A program made the position numbers and the translations under genes. The notes under the pieces were generated by a model. It saw only the letters and a list, made by a program, of their open reading frames with translations. It was not told where the DNA came from and did no database searches. From positions 144 to 64,143 of the forward strand of contig WGSL01000002.1 in the NCBI GenBank assembly GCA_014871665.1: 64,000 nucleotides of DNA. The letters are read 5' to 3'. This document shows, piece by piece, positions 47,205 through 55,623 of this stretch (positions are counted from its first letter, which is position 1; each line of letters starts with the position of its first letter). Source of the stretch: Collinsella sp. Its GTDB lineage: Bacteria > Actinomycetota > Coriobacteriia > Coriobacteriales > Coriobacteriaceae.

Positions 47205-48611
47205 CTACCCTGTGGTGTCATTGTCCTCAGCAAGCTGGGGGAACACGGCGTCCTTGGGCATGGTGACCTTCGTCAGCGAGGTGAGCTTTTTGCTCAGCGA
47301 CGTGTCCGTCTTGACCAGGTCGCTGAGCGTCACGATCTTGTAGCCGTCGGCAATGAGGCCGTCGATAATCTGCGGCAGCGCCTCGAGTGTCTGCTCGGCG
47401 CATTCGTCTCTATCGGTGAGCAGCACGATATTGCCGGGCGTCACCGAATCGAGCACCGTCGAGACCTGCTCGTCGGCACCGTTGAGCAGCCAGTCGCCCG
47501 AGTCGATATTCCACGAGACCACGGCGGAGACCAGGTCCATCGCATCAATCCAGTTTTGCTCGTCAAAGGCAGCGTAGGGGGCACGCAGCAGCATCGTCTT
47601 CACGCCGGTCGCCGACTTAATCGCATCGGTGCCTTTCGTGATCTGTTCGCGTACCGCCTCACGGTCCTGATCCTTGAGCGAATCGTCGCTGTAGCTGTTG
47701 GATCCGATCTCGCACCCGGCATCGACAATCGCCTTGGCCGTGGCAGGCGAGGCTTCGGCCGCATCGCCCGAAAGGAAGAACGTCGCGGTGACGCCCTTTT
47801 CCTTGAGCACCTGCAAGATCTGCTTGGTGGCGCCGCTCGGACCCTCGTCAAACGTCAGCGCCACGTACTTTTTGTTGCCCTTGGGCGCCACGCTGGCGCA
47901 CGCAACGACGCAATCGGTGGCGGGCACAACCTCGCCGCGGTCCTGCGTCTTGCCCGACTGCTCACCAACCCACACCTCGGAGCGGCCCTGGACACCCCAC
48001 GTCTGCACATATTCGATAGCGCCCGTGCCCTCGACCTTGAGCTTGGGCTCGATAACCGTAGCCTGAACCTCGTGCTTCTCGTAGGTGTTACGGCCATCCT
48101 TGACCGTCACCTTCTCGCCACCCTCAAGTTCGCGGCTATCCCATTTGCCCTGCTTCACGCGCTTGCCGTCGACCTTCACCGACAGCTTTTCGCCCCCATG
48201 GCGCTTGAGCACGCTGTCATCGACGGCCAGCAGGTCGCCTGCGTCGTAGGTGTCAGTCAAATCCTGTTCGTCGATGAGATTCTGCAGCGTAGAGCCCACG
48301 CGCACCGCGGTCTTCTGGCCGTTGAGCTCCACGTCCACGCTGCGGTTGACGTAGCCCACGACGGCAGCGATAAACAGCACGAGCGCGCAACCCACGGCGA
48401 TGAGCGCATAGGGCAGGCGAGACGAACGACGGGGCGTGCGGCTGTTGCCGATGCGCGCGCTGCGATCGCTAAAGCCGCGGCTATGGTTGAGATACATCGC
48501 GCCGGGCTTACGGTGACGCTTGCGCTGACCGCTGGGCAGCTGCCCCAGGTCGCGGCGCGCTGTCGGATGCGCACCCGAACGCCCGTTTAAGTTGGATCCG
48601 TTTTGGCGCAT
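47205..48611 (-). CDS. Membrane-anchored NodB-homology (polysaccharide deacetylase-like) protein, probably non-catalytic
   Basis: 468 aa with an N-terminal TM helix, DUF348/G5-like repeats and a NodB domain. Motif 1 is TFDEGP, and the His-x-x-x-His position reads IGSNSYSD. Confidence 0.75.
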   Translation of the reverse strand: MRQNGSNLNGRSGAHPTARRDLGQLPSGQRKRHRKPGAMYLNHSRGFSDRSARIGNSRTPRRSSRLPYALIAVGCALVLFIAAVVGYVNRSVDVELNGQKTAVRVGSTLQNLIDEQDLTDTYDAGDLLAVDDSVLKRHGGEKLSVKVDGKRVKQGKWDSRELEGGEKVTVKDGRNTYEKHEVQATVIEPKLKVEGTGAIEYVQTWGVQGRSEVWVGEQSGKTQDRGEVVPATDCVVACASVAPKGNKKYVALTFDEGPSGATKQILQVLKEKGVTATFFLSGDAAEASPATAKAIVDAGCEIGSNSYSDDSLKDQDREAVREQITKGTDAIKSATGVKTMLLRAPYAAFDEQNWIDAMDLVSAVVSWNIDSGDWLLNGADEQVSTVLDSVTPGNIVLLTDRDECAEQTLEALPQIIDGLIADGYKIVTLSDLVKTDTSLSKKLTSLTKVTMPKDAVFPQLAEDNDTTG

Positions 48612-48683
48612 GTGCCCTCCCCCATAAACACAGCAAGCCGGAGCAACAGGTCTCCGGCTTGCCTCCCATCATTTGGTACGTCG

Positions 48684-49439
48684 CTATTTTGTAGCTTTTG
48701 ACGAGCCTCCGCTCGCCTTTTGGTATTCGTCCTTAAAGGCCTTGAACATGCCGCGCGTCTTGCCGAGCTGCTTGCCCAGTGCGCGACTGCCCTTGTCCAC
48801 GGCAACCGACCCCTTGTCGTCGAGCACCTTGGCGCCCTTTTTGACCTTGTCGCCCACCACGACGCTGGCCTCGGCGGCCTTGGCAGCCGCACCGCCCGAA
48901 TACCCGAGCGACTTGACCTCGTCCGAGACGACCATCGCGCCGTTCTCGTAGCCGCGCAGCATCGTCGGCGGCACCTGCGTGTCACCGACCAAAACACTCG
49001 AAGCAGCACCGGCGGTCACATAGAATGCCTGCACGATGCCCGAGCGTGGCTTGAACTCAACGTCCGAGCAATAGCCCACGACGTCGCCCGATTCCGTGCG
49101 CACGTCCATACCGACCCAGATGATGCAATCGTCCAGGTTGATGTCGAGGCGCTTGGCGGCGGCGGCATCGTATGTGTCCTTGACGTCATCGACCGCAATG
49201 GCGCCCTCGTAGACACCAATGGCGTCGAGCGCTACGAATCGGTCGGGGCGCTCGATCATACCCGCGATATCGGACTGGCGGACCATAAAGCCGACCACGC
49301 GCGTACCGCCCGGGGTAAAGACCGGAAAGTGAATCTTTCCGAGCTTTTTAGGGCTGCGCGGCGTGCCGTCCTTTTTGGTGCGCTTGTCCTCGGTAGGCTT
49401 GCGATAGATCTTGGCGCCGACAAAATCCCCGGCGCGCAT
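48684..49439 (-). CDS. Tandem PRC-barrel domain protein with Lys-rich tail
   Basis: 251 aa. The assignment rests on the overall PRC-barrel repeat pattern. Confidence 0.6.
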   Translation of the reverse strand: MRAGDFVGAKIYRKPTEDKRTKKDGTPRSPKKLGKIHFPVFTPGGTRVVGFMVRQSDIAGMIERPDRFVALDAIGVYEGAIAVDDVKDTYDAAAAKRLDINLDDCIIWVGMDVRTESGDVVGYCSDVEFKPRSGIVQAFYVTAGAASSVLVGDTQVPPTMLRGYENGAMVVSDEVKSLGYSGGAAAKAAEASVVVGDKVKKGAKVLDDKGSVAVDKGSRALGKQLGKTRGMFKAFKDEYQKASGGSSKATK

Positions 49440-49828
49440 TATGCCTCGGTCGAGGGCTCCGCAGCCTCGGTATCAGCCTCGACGGCGTTCTCGACCACGA
49501 CGTCGGCGGCAGGCGTCACGTTGCCGCCCGAAATGGCGTCGTTGAGCTGCTCGCGCAGCTGGTCCATGCGCTCGCGGGCCAGGTCGACCTTGGCGCGCAG
49601 GTCGTCGGTCTTGGCGTCGACCATCGGGCCAAAGTCATTCACCGCAGCACGGGCCTCCTCGGCGCTGTGCTCGTAGGTGTCGCGCATATTGTCCCAGGCG
49701 TCGTTGGCGATATCGGCAGCCATGGCGCGGGTCTCGGCGCCCGAGCGCGGGGCCAGAGCAACGCCGACAATAGCGCCGGCAGCGGCACCAAAAAGTGCGC
49801 CGGAGACAAAGCTGAAAGTCTTACCCAT
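49439..49828 (-). CDS. YtxH-like general stress protein
   Basis: The ATG at 49828 follows AGGAGAGGA. The N-terminal hydrophobic segment is FSFVSGALFGAAAGAIVGVALAPRSG, followed by a helical region. Confidence 0.7.
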   Translation of the reverse strand: MGKTFSFVSGALFGAAAGAIVGVALAPRSGAETRAMAADIANDAWDNMRDTYEHSAEEARAAVNDFGPMVDAKTDDLRAKVDLARERMDQLREQLNDAISGGNVTPAADVVVENAVEADTEAAEPSTEA

Positions 49829-49964
49829 GATCATTCCTCTCCTGCGGGCACGTCGGTGCCCACCGTTTGAATGCTGTCCATTATACCCGCAGCGCATCAC
49901 TTGCCGCTCCGCTCATCTGTGTACGGCAAAGGCGCAGGTACGTGATGGTGATAAACGCGTAGGC

Positions 49965-50798
49965 CTACTCCTGGGGCATAGCCGGCATGGCCACCGTGGC
50001 ACCCGGGTCCTCGCCGGCGCCGTCCACGAGCGGCAGGCCGCCCTCATGCGCAGGTCCTGCCGGAACCGTCGCCGCACCGCCAAAGACGGCAGCGGAGGCC
50101 TCGTGGTTCTCGGCAACCGCACCCTCGGTATCAATCGCCACCTGGGGCTCGTCGTCAAAGTTGGGGACACCCTGGGGCTCGGTGGGAACGGGCTCGGCGG
50201 TCGCATCGGCAACGGGCTCGGCGTCGACCGGCACATCGCCCTCGTCAGCGCCCTCGTCCTCGGCAGCATCTTCGCCGTTCGCAGCGGCGACGGCCTCGTG
50301 AGGATCCTTGCCCTCGGCCTCGGCGCGCATGCCCAGCACCAGGTTGCGCAGGCCCGCGACCGTGCCCTCCACGTCGGGGGCAGGCTGGTCGGCGTGCAGA
50401 TAGGCCCAGTCCATCATAAAGGTGGCCGAAGACAGCGCACCGATGGCCAGCGCGTCGTCGGGGCACGAAAGCTCAACCTCAAAGACGCGCTCGTCGTGCT
50501 CGCTTACGCGCGTGCGGCCGCACGAGATGCTACCGGCAAGACCGGTCTCGTTCATGAGCTCGACCGTCACATGCTCCAGCAGGTGGCAGAGCTCGGTCTG
50601 GCCCATACAGTCCTGGAACTCGCGACCCGAATCGCCCAGGCACAGATGCTTGGCAATCGCGGGCACCAGGTAGTACACGCGCGCCGTGGCCTCGATATCC
50701 TCCGAGGTCATGAGCGGCATGCCGGGGTTCACCAGCACGTGCGCGCAGATCTTGTCCTCGCTGACGGTGACCTTAAGGATGTTGAACAGGCCTGCCAT
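49965..50798 (-). CDS. Hypothetical protein, N-terminal region resembling the cyanophycin-synthetase N-domain, acidic disordered tail
   Basis: 277 aa. The pattern IAKHLCLGDSGREFQDCMGQTELCHLLEHVTVELMNETGL recalls the CphA N-domain (H.C..G..F....T.L.H..EHV..EL). This is a recollection only. Confidence 0.4.
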   Translation of the reverse strand: MAGLFNILKVTVSEDKICAHVLVNPGMPLMTSEDIEATARVYYLVPAIAKHLCLGDSGREFQDCMGQTELCHLLEHVTVELMNETGLAGSISCGRTRVSEHDERVFEVELSCPDDALAIGALSSATFMMDWAYLHADQPAPDVEGTVAGLRNLVLGMRAEAEGKDPHEAVAAANGEDAAEDEGADEGDVPVDAEPVADATAEPVPTEPQGVPNFDDEPQVAIDTEGAVAENHEASAAVFGGAATVPAGPAHEGGLPLVDGAGEDPGATVAMPAMPQE

Positions 50799-50822
50799 AA
50801 CTCTCCCCTACTCTTCCTTGTC

Positions 50823-52196
50823 CTACTCGTCGCCGTCGTGCGGATTCGCAGAGCCCGCACCCGGCGTCGTCGGCTCGTCTACCGAAGACTCGGAATCTTT
50901 CTTATCGGTTTCGGCCGGAGCAATCACGCGAATGAGCGAGATGCGCTGGCCACGCATCGACTGCACCTTGAACTTGTACCCCGCGACCTCAAACACCTCT
51001 CCGATGTCGGGCACCGAGTCACAAAGCTCCAAAATCCAGCCGGCGATGGTCTCATAATCATCGCTTTCCTCAAGCGGCCAACCAAGCTCAATCGCGTCAT
51101 CGCACGAAAAACGCCCATCAACGAGCCACTCGCGGCGCGAAAGGCGCGTGAGATACTTGTTGTCGGGGTCGAACTCGTCCTCGATCTCGCCGACGATCTC
51201 CTCGACGATGTCCTCGATGGTGATGATGCCGGCCGTGCCGCCGTACTCGTCCACGACCACCACGATCTGGTCGTGCGAGGTCTGCATCTCGGACAGCAGC
51301 GGCAGGATGTCCTTGGTGTCGGGCACAAAGGTGGCGTCGCGCAAAAAGCCGGCGATGGGCTGGTTGCCCTTGCCGTCGAGCGCGGGCTGAATCAGGTCCT
51401 TGATGTGCGCGATGCCGGCGACGTTGTCGGGATCCTCGTGATAGACGGGGATGCGGCTAAAGCCGGTCTGGCGCATGGTGGACAGCACGTCGGCGACCGT
51501 CTCGTCGTCCTCGCACATGGTGGTGTCCACGCGCGGCACCATGACCTCGCGGGCAACGGTGTCGCCCAGGTCGAAGATCTCGTGGATCATGCGCTTTTCC
51601 TCGTCGAGCAGGTCGTCCTGCTCCGAGACCATGTACTTGATCTCCTCCTCCGAGACGTTCTGGCGGTCGTCGGCGCTCTTGATGCGCAGGATGCGGGCCA
51701 GGCCATCGGAGCAAGCGCCAGTCAGCCACACAAGCGGACGGGCGATCTTTTGGAAAAATGACAACGGTCCCACGACCTGCTTGGATACGCCCTCGGCATT
51801 GGCCAGGCCGATGCGCTTGGGCACAAGCTCGCCAATCACGATGGACACGAAGGCGACCGCGACGGTGATGATGACCGGCGCCAGGCCGCGCGCGATGGCG
51901 GAGAGCGGCGCGATGCCAAAGCTCATGAGCCACGTGGCGAGCGGGTCGGACAGACTCGTCGAGGCGACGGCGGACGAGGCGAAGCCCACGAGCGTGATGG
52001 CGACCTGGATAGTGGCGAGCAGCTGGTCGGAGTCGGCAGCTAGCTTAATGGCACGCTCGGCGCGTTTGTCGCCTTCCTCGGCCTCGTGCTCCAGCACGGC
52101 GCGCTTGGCCGTGGTGAGCGCCATCTCGGACATAGAGAAGTAGCCGTTGATGAGGGTCAAAACGAGGGTGGTGATAAGGGAGATGGTTATGTCCAT
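50823..52196 (-). CDS. CNNM/CorC-type protein (DUF21 + CBS pair + CorC_HlyC)
   Basis: The start is placed at MDITISLITTLVLTLINGYFSMSEMAL. CBS domains and a C-terminal transporter-associated domain follow. Confidence 0.88.
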   Translation of the reverse strand: MDITISLITTLVLTLINGYFSMSEMALTTAKRAVLEHEAEEGDKRAERAIKLAADSDQLLATIQVAITLVGFASSAVASTSLSDPLATWLMSFGIAPLSAIARGLAPVIITVAVAFVSIVIGELVPKRIGLANAEGVSKQVVGPLSFFQKIARPLVWLTGACSDGLARILRIKSADDRQNVSEEEIKYMVSEQDDLLDEEKRMIHEIFDLGDTVAREVMVPRVDTTMCEDDETVADVLSTMRQTGFSRIPVYHEDPDNVAGIAHIKDLIQPALDGKGNQPIAGFLRDATFVPDTKDILPLLSEMQTSHDQIVVVVDEYGGTAGIITIEDIVEEIVGEIEDEFDPDNKYLTRLSRREWLVDGRFSCDDAIELGWPLEESDDYETIAGWILELCDSVPDIGEVFEVAGYKFKVQSMRGQRISLIRVIAPAETDKKDSESSVDEPTTPGAGSANPHDGDE

Positions 52197-52306
52197 CGGG
52201 AGTTTCTCGAACCTCCAAGATTCGGGACGTCGGATTAAAACGTTGACGGCGGATACGGCAATTGCACCGGCGCCCAAACAAGGACGCGGGCGCGCAGGCG
52301 TGGTCG

Positions 52307-52990
52307 CTAGATTACGAAGAGGATCACCGCCATGAACTGGAAGATGCTGCCGGCGAGTACCCACAGGTGAAACACGCTGTGCAGATAGCGCACGTTTTTG
52401 GCGATATAGAACGGCACGCCCGCGGTGTAGCACACGCCGCCGACGGCGAGCAGGGCAAGTGCCACGGGGTTGAGCAGCGCCACGAGCTCGGGCAGCTTAA
52501 AGACAACGAGCCAGCCCATCAGCAGATAGACCAGGCCGCTTACCCAATGCGGCTGGCGCTCGCGCATAAAGCACTCGAGGGCGATGCCGATAATGGCGAT
52601 GGCCCATACGGCAAAGAACAGCACAGCGCCGCCGTCGTTTGCGAGCGTGATGAGGCAAAACGGCGTATAGCTGCCCGCAATGAGCAGGTAGATGCAGCTG
52701 TGGTCGATGATGCGAAACACGCGCTTGGCGCGCGCGGGCTGAATCGCGTGGTAGAGCGTGGAGGCTAGGTATTCGAGGATAATGCTGACGCCGTAGACAA
52801 TTGCCGCGGCCATGTGGGCCGGGCCTCCGCCGCGCAGGGCGGCGAATACGATCAGGAGCACCAGGCCCGCGATACCCAGCAGGCAGCCGACACCATGGGT
52901 GACGGAGTTCATGATCTCCTCACCCACCGTGTAGTGTGGAACGGCCGCGGTCTTGGGTCGCGGCTTAGAACTGTCGCTCGAATCGGACAT
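52307..52990 (-). CDS. Hemolysin-III / PAQR family membrane protein
   Basis: The ATG at 52990 lies 10 nt after GGAGGA. The protein has 7 TM helices and the motifs SVTHGVG and HSVFH. Confidence 0.88.
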   Translation of the reverse strand: MSDSSDSSKPRPKTAAVPHYTVGEEIMNSVTHGVGCLLGIAGLVLLIVFAALRGGGPAHMAAAIVYGVSIILEYLASTLYHAIQPARAKRVFRIIDHSCIYLLIAGSYTPFCLITLANDGGAVLFFAVWAIAIIGIALECFMRERQPHWVSGLVYLLMGWLVVFKLPELVALLNPVALALLAVGGVCYTAGVPFYIAKNVRYLHSVFHLWVLAGSIFQFMAVILFVI

Positions 52991-53098
52991 GCCGGTTACA
53001 TCCTCCAACGTAAAGAGTTCTCAACACTATATCAAAGCGTCTGGGTACGTGCGAAATTTGCACTATACGTGACCCTTTGTTTACCCATTCTTTGCCTG

Positions 53099-53127
53099 TT
53101 GACGCATCAACGGCGAACGTCCATAAT
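53099..53127 (+). promoter_or_regulatory. Candidate sigma70-type promoter of the hydrolase gene
   Basis: TTGACG-17 nt-CATAAT, about 50 nt upstream of ATG 53177. Confidence 0.45.
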
Positions 53128-53176
53128 GCGCTTGCATTAAATGTTGATGTATTAACATCTTATAGGAGAATACCGC

Positions 53177-54142
53177 ATGGCTCAAAACGCACGTTCCCAT
53201 CGAAAGCTCAAGATAGCCGGCATCGTTGCACTGGTGGTTGTCGTTGCGCTGCTCGGATTTGCCGGCAACTTTCTGTTTGACTTCGCGCTGAATCCCCGCG
53301 CGCCATACACCATGAAGATGATGCAGGATGGCAAAGACGACAAAAAAGGTGAGCAGCCGGATGCCGAGGAAACCGAGGCGCGGGCGTGGTTTAAAGAGAA
53401 TCGCGAGAGCAGCAACCTCACCGCGGACGACGGGACCGAGCTTGCCGCCTGGTATTTTGCTGCATCGGAGAGCACGCACGACTACGCCGTCTGCCTGCAT
53501 GGATATACCAACGAGCCCATCGGTATGGCCCGATACGTCAAGCGATTCCACGACCGCGGCATGAACGTACTCGCACCCGCCGCCCGCGCCCACGAGCGCT
53601 CCGGCGGCGACTATATCGGCATGGGCTGGCCCGAGCGCCTCGACATCGTCGCATGGATCGAGCAAATCGTTCAGGCCGACCCCGAGGCGCGCATCCTGGT
53701 CTTTGGCGAGTCGATGGGTGCGGCAACCGCCATGAACGTCGCGGGGGAGTCTCTGCCCGCAAACGTGAAATGCATTATCGAGGACTGCGGTTATACGAGT
53801 GTTTGGGACGAGTTTTCTCTGCAGCTCAAGGACGTGTTCGGCCTGCCCAGCTTTCCCTTGCTCGATGTAGCAAACTTGGTGTGCAACGTGCGCGCGGGCT
53901 ACGACTTTCATAAGGCGAGCAGTGTGGAGCAACTCAAACACGCGACAGTTCCCATGCTGTTTATCCACGGCGACCAGGACACCTTTGTACCGTACAGTAT
54001 GCTCGACCAAAACTACGACGCGTGCGCCAGCAAGGTCAAGCAAAAGCTCACCATCCATGGCGCCGCCCACGCCAAGAGTGCGCAAGTTGACCCCGAGCTC
54101 TACTGGAACACGGTCGGCAACTTCCTCGACAAGAATTTTTAG
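53177..54142 (+). CDS. Membrane-anchored alpha/beta hydrolase
   Basis: 321 aa with an N-terminal TM helix, the nucleophile elbow GESMG, and later Asp and His residues. Confidence 0.8.
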   Translation: MAQNARSHRKLKIAGIVALVVVVALLGFAGNFLFDFALNPRAPYTMKMMQDGKDDKKGEQPDAEETEARAWFKENRESSNLTADDGTELAAWYFAASESTHDYAVCLHGYTNEPIGMARYVKRFHDRGMNVLAPAARAHERSGGDYIGMGWPERLDIVAWIEQIVQADPEARILVFGESMGAATAMNVAGESLPANVKCIIEDCGYTSVWDEFSLQLKDVFGLPSFPLLDVANLVCNVRAGYDFHKASSVEQLKHATVPMLFIHGDQDTFVPYSMLDQNYDACASKVKQKLTIHGAAHAKSAQVDPELYWNTVGNFLDKNF

Positions 54143-54219
54143 GCAAAAAGCAACGTCTGGGGTTTTGTTGCCAAAAATCGGTTTGTGGTCGGCGCTATTC
54201 GATTTTCCTCGCACTTCCA

Positions 54220-54258
54220 AAAAGCCGCCCGTGGGCGCTGTGCTCACGGGCGGCTTTT
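54220..54258. terminator. Bidirectional terminator
   Basis: AAAAGCCGCCCGTG-ggcgctgtgct-CACGGGCGGCTTTT between convergent genes. Confidence 0.7.
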
Positions 54259-54305
54259 GCTCAACTTACGCTACAAAGGCGCTTATTTTGTCCAATAGCT
54301 AGGCG

Positions 54306-55511
54306 CTACTTGACCTCGATAAGCTCGTACTTGCTCGTGCCCAGGCCAATCTTCTCGGCGTGCGCGATGCACACGCGCCAGTCGGTGTCGGGATGCGTGA
54401 TGCAGAAGGGATCCTTGGCCTGCTCGCCCTCCAGATGCTCGTGATTGTGCTCCATCTTGGCCGCGCTATCGGTGAGCTCGGTGTTGGGCAGTGGCTCGGA
54501 CGCCATGACGGCATCGGCGCAGGCCTGGTCGATGGCGACCGGGTCGAAGCTCGCGAACATGCCGATATCGTTGACGATAGGTGTGTCGTTTTCGGGATGG
54601 CAGTCGCAGTTGGGACTGATGTCCATGGCAAGCGAGATGTGGAAGCTCGGGCGGCCGTCGACAACGGCCTTTGTATACTCGGCGATCTTGCAGTTGAGCA
54701 CGTCGGCCGCGGCGTCATAGCCGGGCTTGATGCAGTCCTGGTTGCATGCCGCAATGCAGCGTCCGCAGCCCACGCAGCGATCGTGGTCGATGGTGGCCAC
54801 GTGCACCGTGCGGGTGTTGCCGTTGGCAAGCTCGCGCTCGCGGGTGCCGTCGAACGAGACAGCGTTGTGCGCGCAAATCTTTTCGCAGGCACGGCAGCCA
54901 ACGCAGTGCTCGGTCGAGACGTTCGGCTTGCCGGCGGCATGCTGCTCCATCTTGCCGGCACGGCTGCCGCCTCCCATACCCAGGTTCTTCATGGCGCCGC
55001 CAAAGCCGGCCTGCTCATGGCCCTTAAAGTGGGTGAGGCTGATCACGATATCGGCGTCCATGAGAGCCTGACCGATCTTGGCCTCGCGCACGTACTCGCC
55101 GCCCTCGACCGGGACGAGCGCCTCGTCGGTGCCCTTGAGGCCGTCGGCGATGATGATCTGGCAGCCCGTGGCATACGGGGTAAAACCGTTCTGGTAGGCG
55201 GTATCGATGTGCTCGAGCGCGTTTTTGCGGCTACCCACATAGAGCGTATTGCAGTCGGTGAGGAAGGGCTTGCCGCCCAGCTCCTTCACGACATCCGCGA
55301 CGGCGCGGGCGTAGTTGGGGCGCAAAAAGCTCAGGTTGCCCAGCTCGCCAAAGTGAATCTTGATGGCGACGAACTTGTTCTCAAAGTCGATCTGCTCGAT
55401 ACCGGCGTGACGGATGAGGCGCTTGAGCTTGTCGAGCTGGCTCTCGCGAGCATGCGTGCGCAGGTTAGTGAAGTACACCTTAGCGGGTGCGGCGGGTGCG
55501 GCTGCGGTCAT
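54306..55511 (-). CDS. DUF362 domain protein with 2x[4Fe-4S] ferredoxin insert
   Basis: 401 aa containing CVGCRACEKIC and CVGCGRCIAAC clusters. Confidence 0.8.
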   Translation of the reverse strand: MTAAAPAAPAKVYFTNLRTHARESQLDKLKRLIRHAGIEQIDFENKFVAIKIHFGELGNLSFLRPNYARAVADVVKELGGKPFLTDCNTLYVGSRKNALEHIDTAYQNGFTPYATGCQIIIADGLKGTDEALVPVEGGEYVREAKIGQALMDADIVISLTHFKGHEQAGFGGAMKNLGMGGGSRAGKMEQHAAGKPNVSTEHCVGCRACEKICAHNAVSFDGTRERELANGNTRTVHVATIDHDRCVGCGRCIAACNQDCIKPGYDAAADVLNCKIAEYTKAVVDGRPSFHISLAMDISPNCDCHPENDTPIVNDIGMFASFDPVAIDQACADAVMASEPLPNTELTDSAAKMEHNHEHLEGEQAKDPFCITHPDTDWRVCIAHAEKIGLGTSKYELIEVK

Positions 55512-55594
55512 AGATATATCCCCTCGGTCTATATGGCGTTACAGACATAGAGGATGGTACCAGTTAAAGCAGAGTTAAAGTCAAGTACGGCACC

Positions 55595-55623
55595 TAGTCA
55601 TTGGGAACGTTCTTAAATGACTA
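55595..55623 (-). repeat. B-type 29-nt palindromic unit, copy B5
   Basis: The minus strand reads TAGTCATTTAAGAACGTTCCCAATGACTA. Its first TAG is the stop codon of the FtsX-type permease. Confidence 0.85.

Noticed and set aside
49677-51761. 694-aa plus-strand ORF opposite the YtxH, hypothetical and CNNM genes (similarly 56431-58437 opposite the FtsX permease, 41756-43063 opposite the OatA-like gene and 38845-40026 opposite the nucleoside hydrolase)
   Set aside because: These are shadow ORFs of a high-GC genome. In each case the opposite strand carries the credible gene.
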